In this document: in pieces, positions 44,461 to 62,050 of the stretch
Position numbering within the stretch: position 1 is the stretch's first letter
How the letters are laid out: the number at the start of each line of letters is the position of its first letter
From: the human T2T-CHM13v2.0 reference genome, Homo sapiens
NCBI RefSeq assembly: GCF_009914755.1
Contig: NC_060940.1
Reading direction: 5' to 3' (one strand)
Length of the DNA stretch: 64,000 nt
Translations under genes and position numbers: made by a program
Notes under the pieces: model-generated
The model's input: only the letters and a program-made list of their open reading frames with translations
Told to the model about the DNA's origin: nothing
Database searches by the model: none

Positions 44461-45814
44461 CTGCTGGCTTCCTGCAATCTCAAGTGTTCAAGTCAGGTGG
44501 TCTCTGGCCAAGGAGGATATGACAGAGTAAAGGAATTCATGCAACATTATGAGGAAGGTGGACCAAATCGCCTCTAATGCCCCTTCTCATCCTAAGGGTT
44601 TGTGTTTTTTTGGTTGATGTACACTTCCCTTTCAGGGTGAGTCAGAAGAGGGATTGCTTCCTTGACATGATGTATTTACCTCTTTCACACTTTTGCAAAT
44701 GTATTCATTCCTCTCTGTGGCTGCAGAATACTTGAGGGCAGGTCATTTGGGTAGAAAGGGAGATGGTGACCCTGAAAGCTAGGCAATGTGTAGATGTGCA
44801 GCTTACAGAATGGAAAACTTCAAACTGGTTGCAGGAGCAAATCATTGTTTTGTCTAAATATTGGCTGAGACCAAATGCTTGTGTTTTACTCTGAATGTAT
44901 TCAGCGATAGGATTTGAGTAAATATCTGCCTCTGTAATTTTAATATTTACAAGGTTATTATTATAACCCTGACCCTTGTCTTCCTAACAAGTGTGTTATG
45001 GGATTAGCTAATTGATCATGATGAAGTACTCTGAGTTCCTTGTAGAAAAATACTACATTAAATAGAGAACCAGTATCCCGCCTAAATGCCTTATCTCCAT
45101 GTTAAGATTACTAACTTCCCACTTATGAAACTGATCTCTAAATACACCTAACAAGCTGTAGTTAGTAAATTCAAACACCATAAAATAAATGATTGATTTT
45201 TTTTAATTTAAATTGCGCTGTTGGGACTAATTTTGCCAATTTGAAGGTCATTCCTCAATAACCAAATCCTCATTTACACTGCTAACTGGCTCTTTAGTAC
45301 ATTTGCAAATAGAACATATTACATTCCTATCATCAAACAACTTTCCCATTAGCTACAGTAAATACTCTGCACTTTGGTCACCCATCAGTTCCCCATAGAG
45401 TTATGGGTTATAAGTTTAATCGTTTCATTTGCATATCCAGCTGAGGTAAATTAGAAAAAGTCGCCACACTCATTACACTTTATTGCATTGCAAACACAGA
45501 TGTCTGTTTTTCCAGACCCGCTTAACCTTGACCTAAAGAAAAAGATTAGAGTAATACAGTGGGAAAATAGACACTGTGTGTTCACTTGGCTTCTCACATC
45601 TGAACTGCATTGAATTTCCTTGGAAATAAGAGAATTTTCATTTTTTAATTAACAGGGTAACCTTGAAAAAAATCATAATTATCAGATATTGCTTCCCTTA
45701 GTTATGAATTATCTGTTAAAAGATCTTCAGACATAATTTTCCTGGAAAAATAAACATAAGCAAACCATCTCTATAAAGAATAACTTCACTACATTGAAAA
45801 AAATTCCTTCACTA

Positions 45815-46038
45815 GGAAATGATAACACTCAGCCACCATCTAGCTTAGTGTTAACGCTGGTGAATTCATCTTACCACAAAAGACCCCAAACCACAAAAGA
45901 CCCCAAATGGCCAAAGCGTTTGGGGAAATGCTTTGGAAATGATAACACCCCACCACCAGCTAGCTTCGTGTTAACGCTGGTGAATTCATCTTACAAAATT
46001 AGCTTAGTGTTAACACTGGTGAATTCATCTTACAAAAT
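45815..46038 (+). repeat. Complex local duplication: 3 copies of a 34 bp unit plus a nested 17 bp tandem
   Basis: tagctt(a/c)gtgttaac(g/a)ctggtgaattcatcttac at 45841, 45961 and 46000; ccacaaaagaccccaaa x2 at 45874 and 45891. Confidence 0.95.
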
Positions 46039-46112
46039 GACAGGCAAAAGGGCCAAGAAATAGATGGCCAAGGGCTCTCTGGAGTTTGTGACTTTCGCTC
46101 ACTGGATACTAT

Positions 46113-46616
46113 TGTTACCAGAAAGGGGTCCTGATCCAGACCCCAAGAGAGGGTTCTTGGATCTCGCACAAGAAAGAATTCAGGTCGAGTCCACAGAGTA
46201 AAGTGAAAGCAAATTTATTAAGAAAGTCAAGGAATAACTAATGGCTACTCCATAGACTGAGTGGGTCATTCCCAAAAGTAACAGAAGGAATGTGCCCACG
46301 CTACGTACGATGCTTGTTTATGTCATGGGGAAATGTGCTCTACTACAAGGGTTTGTGATAAAGGATTAATTTTCTTAATTACTATATTTTGCAAGAATCA
46401 ATATTACTATCTTTAAAGCAAAATTAGAAATGCTCTTCTTCTCAAGATATCGGGATATCAGGACATTCCTGAGTCTGGGTCTGTTTAGTAAATGTTATCA
46501 ATCTGTTCCCCCAACAGTAAACCCCTAGAGGGTAGAAATACCTAATCTGGGAACACAGCCAGGTAGTCCCAGCCCTCCCTCAAGATGGAGTCGCTCTGGT
46601 TCAAATGCATCTGACA
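46113..46616 (-). mobile_element. MER41C/D-like ERV1 solo LTR
   Basis: tgttaccagaaaggggtcctgatccagaccccaagagagg...caagatggagtcgctctggttcaaatgcatctgaca; perfect 4 bp TSD CTAT. Confidence 0.9.
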
Positions 46617-48280
46617 CTATCATCTGTCTCTCTCACTGTACTCTGATAACGGAATGAAAGACCCTCTTCCACCTCCCTGGTATTGTTCCAGGAAGGTTTC
46701 TCATGCACACCTGTGCAAGCACATGGTGCAAAGGGCACCAAAAGACTTTCTGTGTATGCAAAAGTGACAAAGCTTTAATTAGGGTCCATTATCCCAATTG
46801 CCGCATCTTCATACACAATGGAGAAAAGCCATTTCTACATGTAAATTTTGGGAGCTTTTGCTGTTCTTTTTACATTGACAGACACAATTGTATATTTTAT
46901 CATGTACAACTTGATGTTTTCAAGTATACATACATTGTGGAATGACTAAATCTAGTTAACATATGCATGATCTCACATAGCTAGCGTTTTTGTGGTGAGA
47001 ACACTTAACATCCACACTCTCAGCATTTTCCAAGAATTCAATGCATTGTTATTAATAACTATAGCCACCATGTTGTGCAATAGATCTCTTAAACCTATTT
47101 TTTCTACCTAGAATTTTGTATGATTTGACCAACATCTCACCAGCTCCTCTCCCAACCACCTCAGCCCCTGGTAACTGCCACTCTCTACTTGTATGAGACC
47201 AACTTTTTTAGATTGCACATAGGAGTGAGATCATGCATTTTTCTCTTTCTGTGCTTCACTTATTTTATATAACACAATGTCCTCCAGGTTCAACCATGTT
47301 GTTGCAAATGACAAGAGTTCCTTCTTTCTTATGGCTGAATAGTATTCTATTGTATGCATACCACATCATCTTTATCCATTCACCCACTGATGGACACTCA
47401 GGTTGATTCCATATCTTAGCTATTGTGAATAATGCCACAGTAAACATGGAAGTGCAGACATCTCTTCAATATACTGATTTTATTTCATTTGGATATGTAC
47501 AGCCAATGGTGGGATTGCTGGATCACATGATAGTTCTATCTTTAATTTTTGTAGGAACTTCCATATTGTTTTCTATAATGGCTGTACTAATCTACATTCC
47601 CATCAACAGTGTGCAAAGGTTCCCTTTTCCCCACATCTTCACCAACATCTATTTTCTGGTTTTTTGATAATAGCCATTATAAGAGGTGTGAGGTGATATC
47701 CCATTGTGGTTTTAATTGGCATTTTCCTGATGATTAGTTATATTGAACACTTTTTAGACACCTGTTGGCCATTTGGATATCTTCTTTTGAGAAATGTCTA
47801 TTCAAGTCCTCTGCCCATTTTTAATTGAGTTACTCATTTTGTTGCTATTCAGTTGTTTGAGTTCCTTATGTATTTTGAATATTATTTTCTTTATTAGGCA
47901 GAAGCTTTGTAGTTTGATGTAATCCCACTTTCTATTTTTGCTTTTGGTGCCTGTGCTTTAGGGACCATATTCAAAAAGTCATTGCCCAGACTTTTCTTCT
48001 AGTAGTTTTACGGTTTTGAGTCTTACATTTAAGTCTTTAATCCATTTTTGTTGATTTTTGTATATGGTAAGAGACAAAGGGTCTAATTTCATTTTTCTGC
48101 ATGTAGATAGGCAGTTTTCCCAACACTGCTTATTGAAGAGACTGTCCCTTGCCCATTGTTTGTTCTCGGCTCCTTTGTCAAAAATCAATTGGTTGCAAAC
48201 ATGTGGATTTACTCCTGTGTTCTCACTTCTGTTTCGTTGGTCTATGTGTCTGTTTTTATGCCAGTACCATTACCACTTTA

Positions 48281-48706
<426 letters not shown>

Positions 48707-49652
48707 TAATGTGATACTTCCAGCTGTGTTCTTTTTGTTCAAAATTGCTTTGGCCATTTGGGGTCTTTTGTGGTTCCATATCAATTTTAGGATTGTTTTT
48801 CTATTTCTGTGAAGAATGTCATTGGTATTTTGATAGGAATTGTGTTAAATCTGTAGATTACTTTGGGTAGTGTGGACATTTTAACAATATTAACTCTTCC
48901 AATTCATGAACATGGGATATATTGCCATTTGTGTTTTCCTCTATTTCTTTCATCAGTGTTCTATACTTTTTATTGTAGAGATTTTTCACCTCCTTGGATG
49001 CTTTTTATTTCCTTCTCTTGCCTAATTGCTTTGGCTGGATATCCTGATCTTAAGAGAAAAAGCTTTCAACTTTTCTCCACTGAATATGATGTTAGCTATG
49101 GATTTGTCATGCATGGACTCTGTTTTGTTGAGGTATATTTCTATAAATTGTTAATAGCTATAATCAAAAATTCAATGTAAAATTAAACTTGAAGAAGTGC
49201 TTTAAAGCAAATATGAAAATCAGCAAAAGCAGTATGTATGTGATGTATGTATACATTGTATATATGTATATAACGTTGAAAGAAGTCCTTTTAGGGAGCA
49301 TCTGAAACTCAATCAAAGCATACAAACAAACCATTTTCAAGTGCAACTATAGAACGCATGGAAAACACTTGGCTTCATGCTCAAGTTAAAACTGCATAAG
49401 AAGGTACACGAAGTACTTTTATGAGGTATACATATGCCCAAAGAGATGTGCCTTCAACATAAACAAGGATAAGAGGAATCGCAAAAAGAAAAACCAGAAA
49501 GAGGAGATAACAAGTAAAGTATGCCAAAAAAATTTAGATCCAAAAACCAACTTAGGTAACATACGAGAAGTTTATGCCCAGAAAAAAATTTATATCGATG
49601 ACCAAGAGAAGACCTCAATAAAAACATACAAAATTGTGTTTTATCTTTACAA

Positions 49653-51591
<1,939 letters not shown>

Positions 51592-51897
51592 CCTCAAAGC
51601 ACTCAATTTCATATATGCACAAAAGGATACAATAAGATGTTCACAATGAAACGAAGTCCGCGTGATGAGGTTCAGAATCCTGATGGGGCAAAAAAATTGA
51701 AGATCAAAGGGAAATTTCCTCAGGATAATGAAAACTGGCCTTGTATCTCAGTGGATCTCTTCCACAAAGAAACAACAGCAACCCTTGCCTTTGCCTAGAA
51801 ACAGAAAGTCATTCGTGGTCTCTTGACTGTTGTGATGTTGATTCTCAACTAAATATTACCAAACGCCATGTCAGAAGGACAATGCACAGGCCACCTA

Positions 51898-52251
<354 letters not shown>

Positions 52252-53284
52252 TTATTACTGCAGAAGAAAGAAAAGAATATACAGGAGAGTCAAGCTATGC
52301 AGCTTCATTTCCCTAGTTTTGTATTTTTCTTTGGGCTAATGAAAACATGGAATTTGCACCAGTCTACCCTTCAGTGCTTCCAAAAACATTATTAGGTCCA
52401 CCATTGTTTATCAGGCCTGTAAAATTTCCTAAGTTGGCACTCACATTTGCTGTGTTATGCCTCCTTCCTTTTGTCTTCCAGAACTTCCTATCTGGTTTCC
52501 TGTATGACAGAACTTAGAGGATACTAACATGTTCTAATAGAAAATTCATTCTGAATTCTTCTGTGAATATAAAATATTTGGAGGATTTAAAAGAAAGAGA
52601 ACATAAACTTTACTTTGGGCCAGCAGGTTATCATTTGGCCTGCCTTGAAGTTGTTTAATCCTCAGGAATGAGCCAGTCTGTATCCTCAGAGCAGCAAAAG
52701 ACTCTCAAACGTGAAACAATGGACACTTATGAGTCCCTTGTTGATCTGTTTCTGCAAGACATTTGGATAGTTTTTCCAGCAAAGAATCTTAAAACCACAC
52801 TACTGAAAAGGACACAAAGAGGTCATCTTCTGAGCCAGACTGCCAAAAAGGACTGCACTTAAAATAATGAAAACAGATAGTCATTGCTCCTGTTCTTAAA
52901 ATCTTTATGGGACAGATGCTTCCCTCAAAGACAACTCTGCGTTGGTTTTAGGAGCACTGCGGCTGAATGAAGATCTATAACGCTGGAAAACTGATCAATA
53001 CCCCATCAACTGCAACAACAATGTCAAGATGTCTACATCCAAAGAAACAACTGGCTCAGAGGATTAAGGTAATATATATAACTCCCAATAGGAAGGTTTC
53101 GCCTCCCTGAAATGTTTTATCAAATTAAGCATCAGAAACCATAGTGGCTTACATGGAGAAGGAATTCTTCATCTAACCCTTTAACTAATATCCGTATTAA
53201 TTAGCCATCCAATGGAACTCTGAGTTACACAGATCAAGTTTTACTGGACTAAAAAGAAATCCCCAAAACAAAGATTCCTTTTGA

Positions 53285-53617
<333 letters not shown>

Positions 53618-53877
53618 TAGTAAAGCTTTTTTTAATTGTTTAAAAAGTGCAGAATAATACATACCACACAGAGTACAGATTGAGAGATTGGCCGCAAATC
53701 TTCACCCTTCCTTGCACCTGTACCCTTAACACGGCCTCGCAATGGTAAGAAATGTCAATGGCAATAATGAAGTTGATGTTCGTCTCAACACAAGATTTAG
53801 AACAGTGCACTTTCTGCCTTCACAACTCTAAGATAATTGTGTACATTATAAAATACTTAGTTAATGGCTATCATTCA

Positions 53878-54429
53878 GTGTTTCTCAGGGTTTTCCAAAG
53901 AAATAGATCCAATAGGAATATGTTTTATATCTATAGATATCTCTATTTATATCTATATTGATAGACACAGATGTCTCTATCTATATATCCATATACATAA
54001 GATATATTTCTCTCTTTCTCTGTCTCTCTCTCTCGATATATACATATCTATCTCTAGAAACAGAGAGAAAGGGAGAGAGAGATGTTAAGGATTACACACG
54101 TAACTGTGGAGGCTGAGAAATCTAAAGTCTGTAGGGTAAGCCAACAAGCTAAAGACCCAAAGAGGCTGATATTTTAGCTCCAGTCTGAAGGTAGTCTGGA
54201 GGCAGAATTTCCTCTTCTCAGGGGAGTTGAGTCTTTTCTCTATTAAAGCCTTCAACTAATTGGATGAGACCCACCCACACTACAGGAGATAATCAGCTTT
54301 ACTCAGAGGCTGCTGATTTAAATGCTAATCTCAGCTTTAAAATACCTTCACAGACACAACTAGAATAATGGTTTGTCAAATATCTGGGTTCCATGGCCTA
54401 GCCGAGTCGACACATAAAATTAACCATCC
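53878..54429 (-). mobile_element. MLT2C/D-like ERVL LTR with internal TA/TC microsatellite
   Basis: gccttcaactaattggatgagacccacccac; gacacataaaattaaccatc terminus. Confidence 0.82.
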
Positions 54430-54542
54430 TATATCCGTTCATCCTTCTGTTTATTCAACCAGCTTTCATATGATGCTACCATGCACAAAGCAGCATGCCA
54501 CATGCCACCGACACACAAATGTTAGCTGCTATACTCATGTTT

Positions 54543-55005
<463 letters not shown>

Positions 55006-55500
55006 TGACACTGCTGTTAAGCTATGAATAAGAAAAATACCCTCGTGTGTATTTCAAATCACAAACAACTCTAATTTAAATATAAGTCCATGAAATAGAA
55101 ATACTTTATCTTTTTGTTACCATTGTGCAAACCAAGGTCTAATTTTTAAGGTAATTTATTTACAGTTCTTTTGAAAATAATGCCTTGAAGTAATAATTAT
55201 TTTTTTTCATGATCAACAGAGCTTTGGAAAGCACCAAATGGTATGAGCAGAAAGGGGAAGAAATAGAATAGATTATTTTTAAAAAGAGCAACAGTGACTT
55301 AAATGGTCACCTAAACCATGGGCTGTTCTCTTTGTTATTCTTTTTTTTCTCAGGTTAGGAGGTTATTAACCTGTATCCTGGAGTGAATGTGTGCCAATTA
55401 CATCAATGGGACAGAGCAAGGAAATGCACATTAAAAATTAAACCTATTATGACAACATTTGAGTCCTAACAGCATTTATAATTTAAAAAAAATGTTTTCC

Positions 55501-55755
55501 GGCCGCGCGCAGTGGCTCACGTCTGTAATCTCAGCACTTTGGGAGGCCAAGGCGGGCGGATCACAAGGTCAGGAGATGGAGACCATCCTGGCTAACAGGT
55601 GAAACCCCATCTCTACTAAAAATACAAAAAATTAGCCGGGCGTGGTGCAGAATGGCGTGAACCCAGGAGGCGGAGCTTGCAGTGAGCCGAGATCATGCCG
55701 CTGTACTCCAGCCTGGGTGACAGAGTGAGACTCCATCTCAAAAACAAAAAAAAAA
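55501..55755 (+). mobile_element. AluY with ~40 bp right-arm deletion
   Basis: attagccgggcgtggtgc|agaatggcgtgaacc; TSD aaaaaaatgttttc. Confidence 0.92.
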
Positions 55756-56169
55756 TGTTTTCTCTATTTTAATTTTTGATACACACTGATGGGGGAAAGC
55801 AGCTGAATATATAAGCCAATGTCAACGAAAACAAAAGATGCTGGTTTTATATGTTTTTCCCTATTCTTATTTCATACACAGCATTATAACAAATCCATTT
55901 TGATATCATCCAAGTGGACACACTCCTTTAGCCAGTAGTTTTTTTAAATGGGAAATTATTGCCCATTCTGTTTCAAACTAGAATGGCATATCTAAAGGCC
56001 ATGCTTGGGTTTTTGTAAACATTTAACCACTAAAAAGCAAAGCAGTACTTTGCACTGATCTTCACCGGTGATATAACTTAATAGTTATATTTTGATAGTG
56101 AACCATTTCACTATTAAAAATATTTTCTCCTGGATAATTAATTGGTCCTATGGTCCATGAAAGTCTTGT

Positions 56170-56357
56170 AGATTCCTGGATTTACCACTCACTAGCTATG
56201 TAAACTTGGACACAGACATCAATCTTTCTCGGCCTCAATTTCCTCATCTGTAAAATCGAGAAACTATGAAGTTGTTATAAGTAACAAATGAGTTAAGATT
56301 TGTAAAGGATTTAGGACAGTGCCTAGCACATAATAAGCACTATGGAAGTGTTAGCTA
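56170..56357 (+). mobile_element. MIR
   Basis: cctcaatttcctcatctgtaaaat..acagtgcctagcacataataagcact. Confidence 0.85.
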
Positions 56358-56580
56358 TTGCAAGTTTCATCAAACAGATTAAGACCGAAACTAATTACCC
56401 ACAATGGTAACATGCATTGGAAAGGACCATGTATTGACTATCTTGCCTTCCTTTTTTCACTTCCCCAATGCCCTGCCCTGCCCTGCCCTCCCACTCAGGG
56501 CTACTGCCCTTGCTGCTCCTTCTGCCTGGATGTTCTTCCCCAGATCTTCACACAGTTGCTATTTCTCATCAAATTAAATA

Positions 56581-56873
56581 GCACAGTGGCTCAGGCCTGT
56601 AATCCCAGCACACTGGCAGGCCGAAGTGGGCGGATCACCTGAGGTCAGGAGTTCGAGACCAGCCTGGCCAACATGGAGAAGCCCCCCCATCTCTACTAAA
56701 AATACAAAAATTAGCCAGGTGTGGTGGTGTGCGACTGTAATCCCAGCTAGTCAGGGGTTTGAGGCAGGAGAATCACTTGAACCCAGAAGGCAGAGGCTGC
56801 AGTAAGCCAAGATCATGCCACTGCACTTCAGCCTGGGCAAGAGAGTGAGGCTCTGTCTCAAAAAAAAAAAAAC
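56581..56873 (+). mobile_element. AluSx-like
   Basis: gatcacctgaggtcaggagttcgagaccagcc; TSD aaattaaat. Confidence 0.92.
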
Positions 56874-56947
56874 CCAAAAAAATTAAATGCCACTTCCTCA
56901 AAGACACCTTCCCTAAACACTCTAGCAAAAGCAGCTTCAACCTGCCT

Positions 56948-57026
56948 ACACACACACACAGACACACACACACACACACAACCTTATCTTTTACAGACAC
57001 ACACACACACACACCCTTATCTTTTT
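56948..57026. repeat. Duplicated (CA)n-ccttatctttt unit
   Basis: acagacacac(ac)n..ccttatctttt occurs twice in tandem. Confidence 0.9.
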
Positions 57027-57286
57027 TTATAGCACTTTTTAGGACTGTCTTAGTTCATTCAGGCTGCTGTAACAATAATCCCATAAACTGAGTGGCTTAT
57101 AAGCAACAGAAATGTGTTCCTCACAGTAAAGTCCTGGCAGATTCAATGTCTGGTGAGGGTCTGTTCCTCATAGATGGTGCCTTCTGTGTGTCTTACATGG
57201 AAGAAGGGGTACAGCAGCTCTCTGGGGCCTCTTTTATAAGGGCACTAATCCTATTCATAGGGGCTCTGCCTTGATGATCTAATTAA

Positions 57287-57898
<612 letters not shown>

Positions 57899-58109
57899 AA
57901 GCCTCACCTCATAATACTATCATATGTGGGATTTGGTTTAAACGTATGAATTTTGGGGAGACGCAACCATTCAGACCATAGCAAGGACCTAAATCACGTT
58001 AATTATTTGTTCTATTGCCTCTTTGTAGTTTATAATAGAATGTTATAAGTTCCAACTTGTTCACCAGTAAACAGTAAACAGATTGGCACCTAATACTCAA
58101 TATGTGTTA

Positions 58110-58458
<349 letters not shown>

Positions 58459-58814
58459 TTATGACACATGGGATTATAATTTCCCTGAGCTGGTTTGGAT
58501 AAATATATGCCTGCAGCATTAACCATAAGTCTCTTTTTCTTAGAGAGCAAGAGACTAGATACTGTATGCCATTTATAATTAACAAGGAAAAATGCTAAGA
58601 GGAATATATGAAATGTGATCAAATTAATGAACCTGATTTTCCCATGTGGATTGTTACATTAGCCTCATTATTTTGTGGTCATGCATTACACAGGGGACTT
58701 AACCCTATTAGGTTATCAGTGGTAGAAAAGAAAATACAAGATGCCAGCTGGACCCACAACAGTGAAAGGCAACTCCTCTTACTTTTGCTGCCATATCCAA
58801 AAGTCTGTGTTCCC

Positions 58815-59395
58815 ATTCCAGGAGACCAGAATATGCTGCTCCAAAACCTGACTGTAGGAGACGAGAATAGGTCACCCTAAAACATGCCTCTTCGGAACAG
58901 GATTATTTTGAGAAACAGCAGCCACAGGAGAAGCACTATGTGTTAGCTACTGTAATTTTCATCATACAAGATTAAGACCAAAACTAATTACCCACAATGG
59001 TAACATGCATTGGAAAGGACCATGTAGAAGTTACGCGTTTGTAAGGTAATTTACATCCATAAAGGAAATTTTTATTTGTAAGGCTGTCTCCCTCTCAGTA
59101 CCAGGAAGAAAGGGATGACCTTAAATCACTAGAGACTCATATCAATGGAGAAGACCTGGACTTAAATCTACAGAACAAACCTTACCCTGTTCACTGTTTT
59201 TCCTGACACCTCCCCATAACTGGCATTCCTCATTCTTTCTTTGCTCTTTCTTTGTTTCAGCAGACAATGGTATTTAAGCCTGAATTCAAAGCCAGCACTT
59301 GGAGATTTCTCTGGGTATCTGCCATGTACGCATGAGACATACATGTTATGAAACTTCTGGGGGTTTTTGTTCTCATTTATCTGCCTGTTATGGGA
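58815..59395 (+). mobile_element. MER34/MER39-group ERV1 LTR carrying a templated insert
   Basis: ggagaccagaatatgc..ggattattttgagaaac..caggagaagc[insert]gtagaagttac..tttgtaagg..ctaccaggaaga..aaatcactagagactc. Confidence 0.75.
58931..59026 (+). repeat. Direct copy of 56335-56433
   Basis: About 5 substitutions and 2 indels; last 46 nt identical (aaactaattacccacaatggtaacatgcattggaaaggaccatgta). Confidence 0.95.
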
Positions 59396-59695
59396 AACAG
59401 TACTTTGGAGGCTTAGAAAATGACACCCCAAAGCATGACCCTTTAGTGTGCTGGGTGCTTTGAACGGAAGGAGATTGAATGGCATCAGAAGCAGACTCAG
59501 AAACAAAGTCACTCTCTGACCTTCTCTTGCCCTCCTGTCTCCCAACCCGCTGCCTTCCCCAAAGTGGATCTTACAAACCAGAATTCCTCTTCCCCAAAGC
59601 AGATCCTAGAAATTAGAAACCTTCTCCAGAGTAAGCCATACAACCTAGAAAGGTCATTCTCTGACTTCCTCCTTCTCCCTTGAAGACCCTCATTT

Positions 59696-60579
<884 letters not shown>

Positions 60580-61049
60580 ATTCCAGAGGGTCCTGCCCCA
60601 CACCTGAAAGGAAGGAACGCTACCCAGAGAGGTCAAGAAGAATCCGAATAGACAGGCCTCGCTGGGTTTCCCCAGCAGAATCTATCACAATATTAGATCA
60701 TTCTCTTTTGACGCAATCACATTTCTACATGGCTGTCAATTCTTCACTGTGCCTATGCATAAAAACAGTCTTCTCTGGGTGTTTGGATCTTCATTTCTCA
60801 AGGCTCCTGTGTCCTGTAAGACTTTGATTAAATAAGTGTGTTATGTGTTTATCTTGTTAACCTGTCTTTTGTTATAGGAGTGCTGGCCGTAACCCTTACG
60901 ATGGATGAGAAAAGGCATCACACCTTTTTGCCCTCCCATTCCCAATTAAGAACTATAAAGTGTAAAGAGAAAATTAATTTTCCTCTGCTACATTACACAA
61001 TGTTAGCTACAATAAAAAGCACAAGCCAATTATTCAACGATGGAAAGAT

Positions 61050-62050
61050 ATTAGCTATCAAGCCGTGAAAAAACATGGAGTACCCTTAATGCATATTGCT
61101 AAGTGAAAATGAAGCCATCCTCAGAGGGTTAACAAGAATTCTGAACAGAAATACGTTATAATTAAGCATTAATTAGGCTGCACTTTGCTCCACTCCCTTG
61201 TAACCAAAAGTCACGTAGTACCACATACGGACCACATACATCCCCATTGTTCTTATAGATAAGATCTCTGATGTTAGAATTACAAGGCTTTTGTTTAAGA
61301 ATTGCTTAACATGTTTCCAGATTCCGAATTCCAGTGGCCCCCTTATAGAGAAACTGAATCAGCATGAGAATAGTTTCTTCATCTCCCTGTCCCATGAGAT
61401 AATGGACTCTTTCCAATCAATGATCGCCACATTCCAGCCCACTCCAAAAACCTTAAAAACCTTAGCCCCAGACTCCTCTGGGAGACGATTCTGAGATTTC
61501 CTCCTGTCTCCTCATTCGGCGGCCCTCCAATGAAACCTCTTTCTCTGCAGCAACCTGGTGTTTCGGCGACTTGACTTGTCACGTACATCACACAATGAAT
61601 CTATCATGTTTACAAAAGAAGCCAATCTGAAAAGGCAACATACTGTATGATTCCAACTATATGACATTCTGGAAAAGGCAAAACTATGGTGACAGTATAA
61701 GATCAGTGGTTAGCGGCGAGAAAGGAATGAATAGATGGAGCGCAGGGCAGTGAAACTATTCTGTGTGATGCTGTAACGGTAGATACATGTCATGCACTTG
61801 CTGAAAACCACAGAATATACAATACCGGGAGTGAACCTTACTGTAAACTATGGACTTGAGTTAATTAACGGTGGATCAACATTGCCTCATCAATTGCAAT
61901 AAATGTACCATACTAACGCAAGATGTTAACAGGGGAAACTAGACGGGGGGAAGGAAAGGAGGGGCATATGGAAACTCTGTACTTTCCCCTCGATTTTTTG
62001 TAAGCCTAAAACAGCTCCAAAAAATAAGGCCTATTTAATTTAAAAAAAAA
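61050..62050 (+). mobile_element. L1MC (1/2-like) 3' end split by an LTR
   Basis: gccaatctgaaaagg..tactgtatgattccaactatatgacattctggaaaaggcaaaactatgg; gtaaactatggactt. Confidence 0.85.
61110..61614 (+). mobile_element. MER4-group ERV1 solo LTR (MER83/MER49-like)
   Basis: TG...CA termini (tgaagccatcctc...tttaca); ttataattaagcattaattaggctgcacttt; TSD aaaa/aaag within L1 ctaagtgaaag|aagcc. Confidence 0.75.

Noticed and set aside
45841-46038. CRISPR-like appearance of three 34 bp palindrome-containing repeats
   Set aside because: The context is primate, the spacers are irregular (86 and 5 bp), the flank is co-duplicated and there are no cas genes. Local duplication explains it.
58820-58885. Direct repeat ggagac.agaata.g..c.ccaaaa at the LTR start
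   Set aside because: As recalled, this is an intrinsic feature of the MER34/39-group consensus rather than a new duplication.
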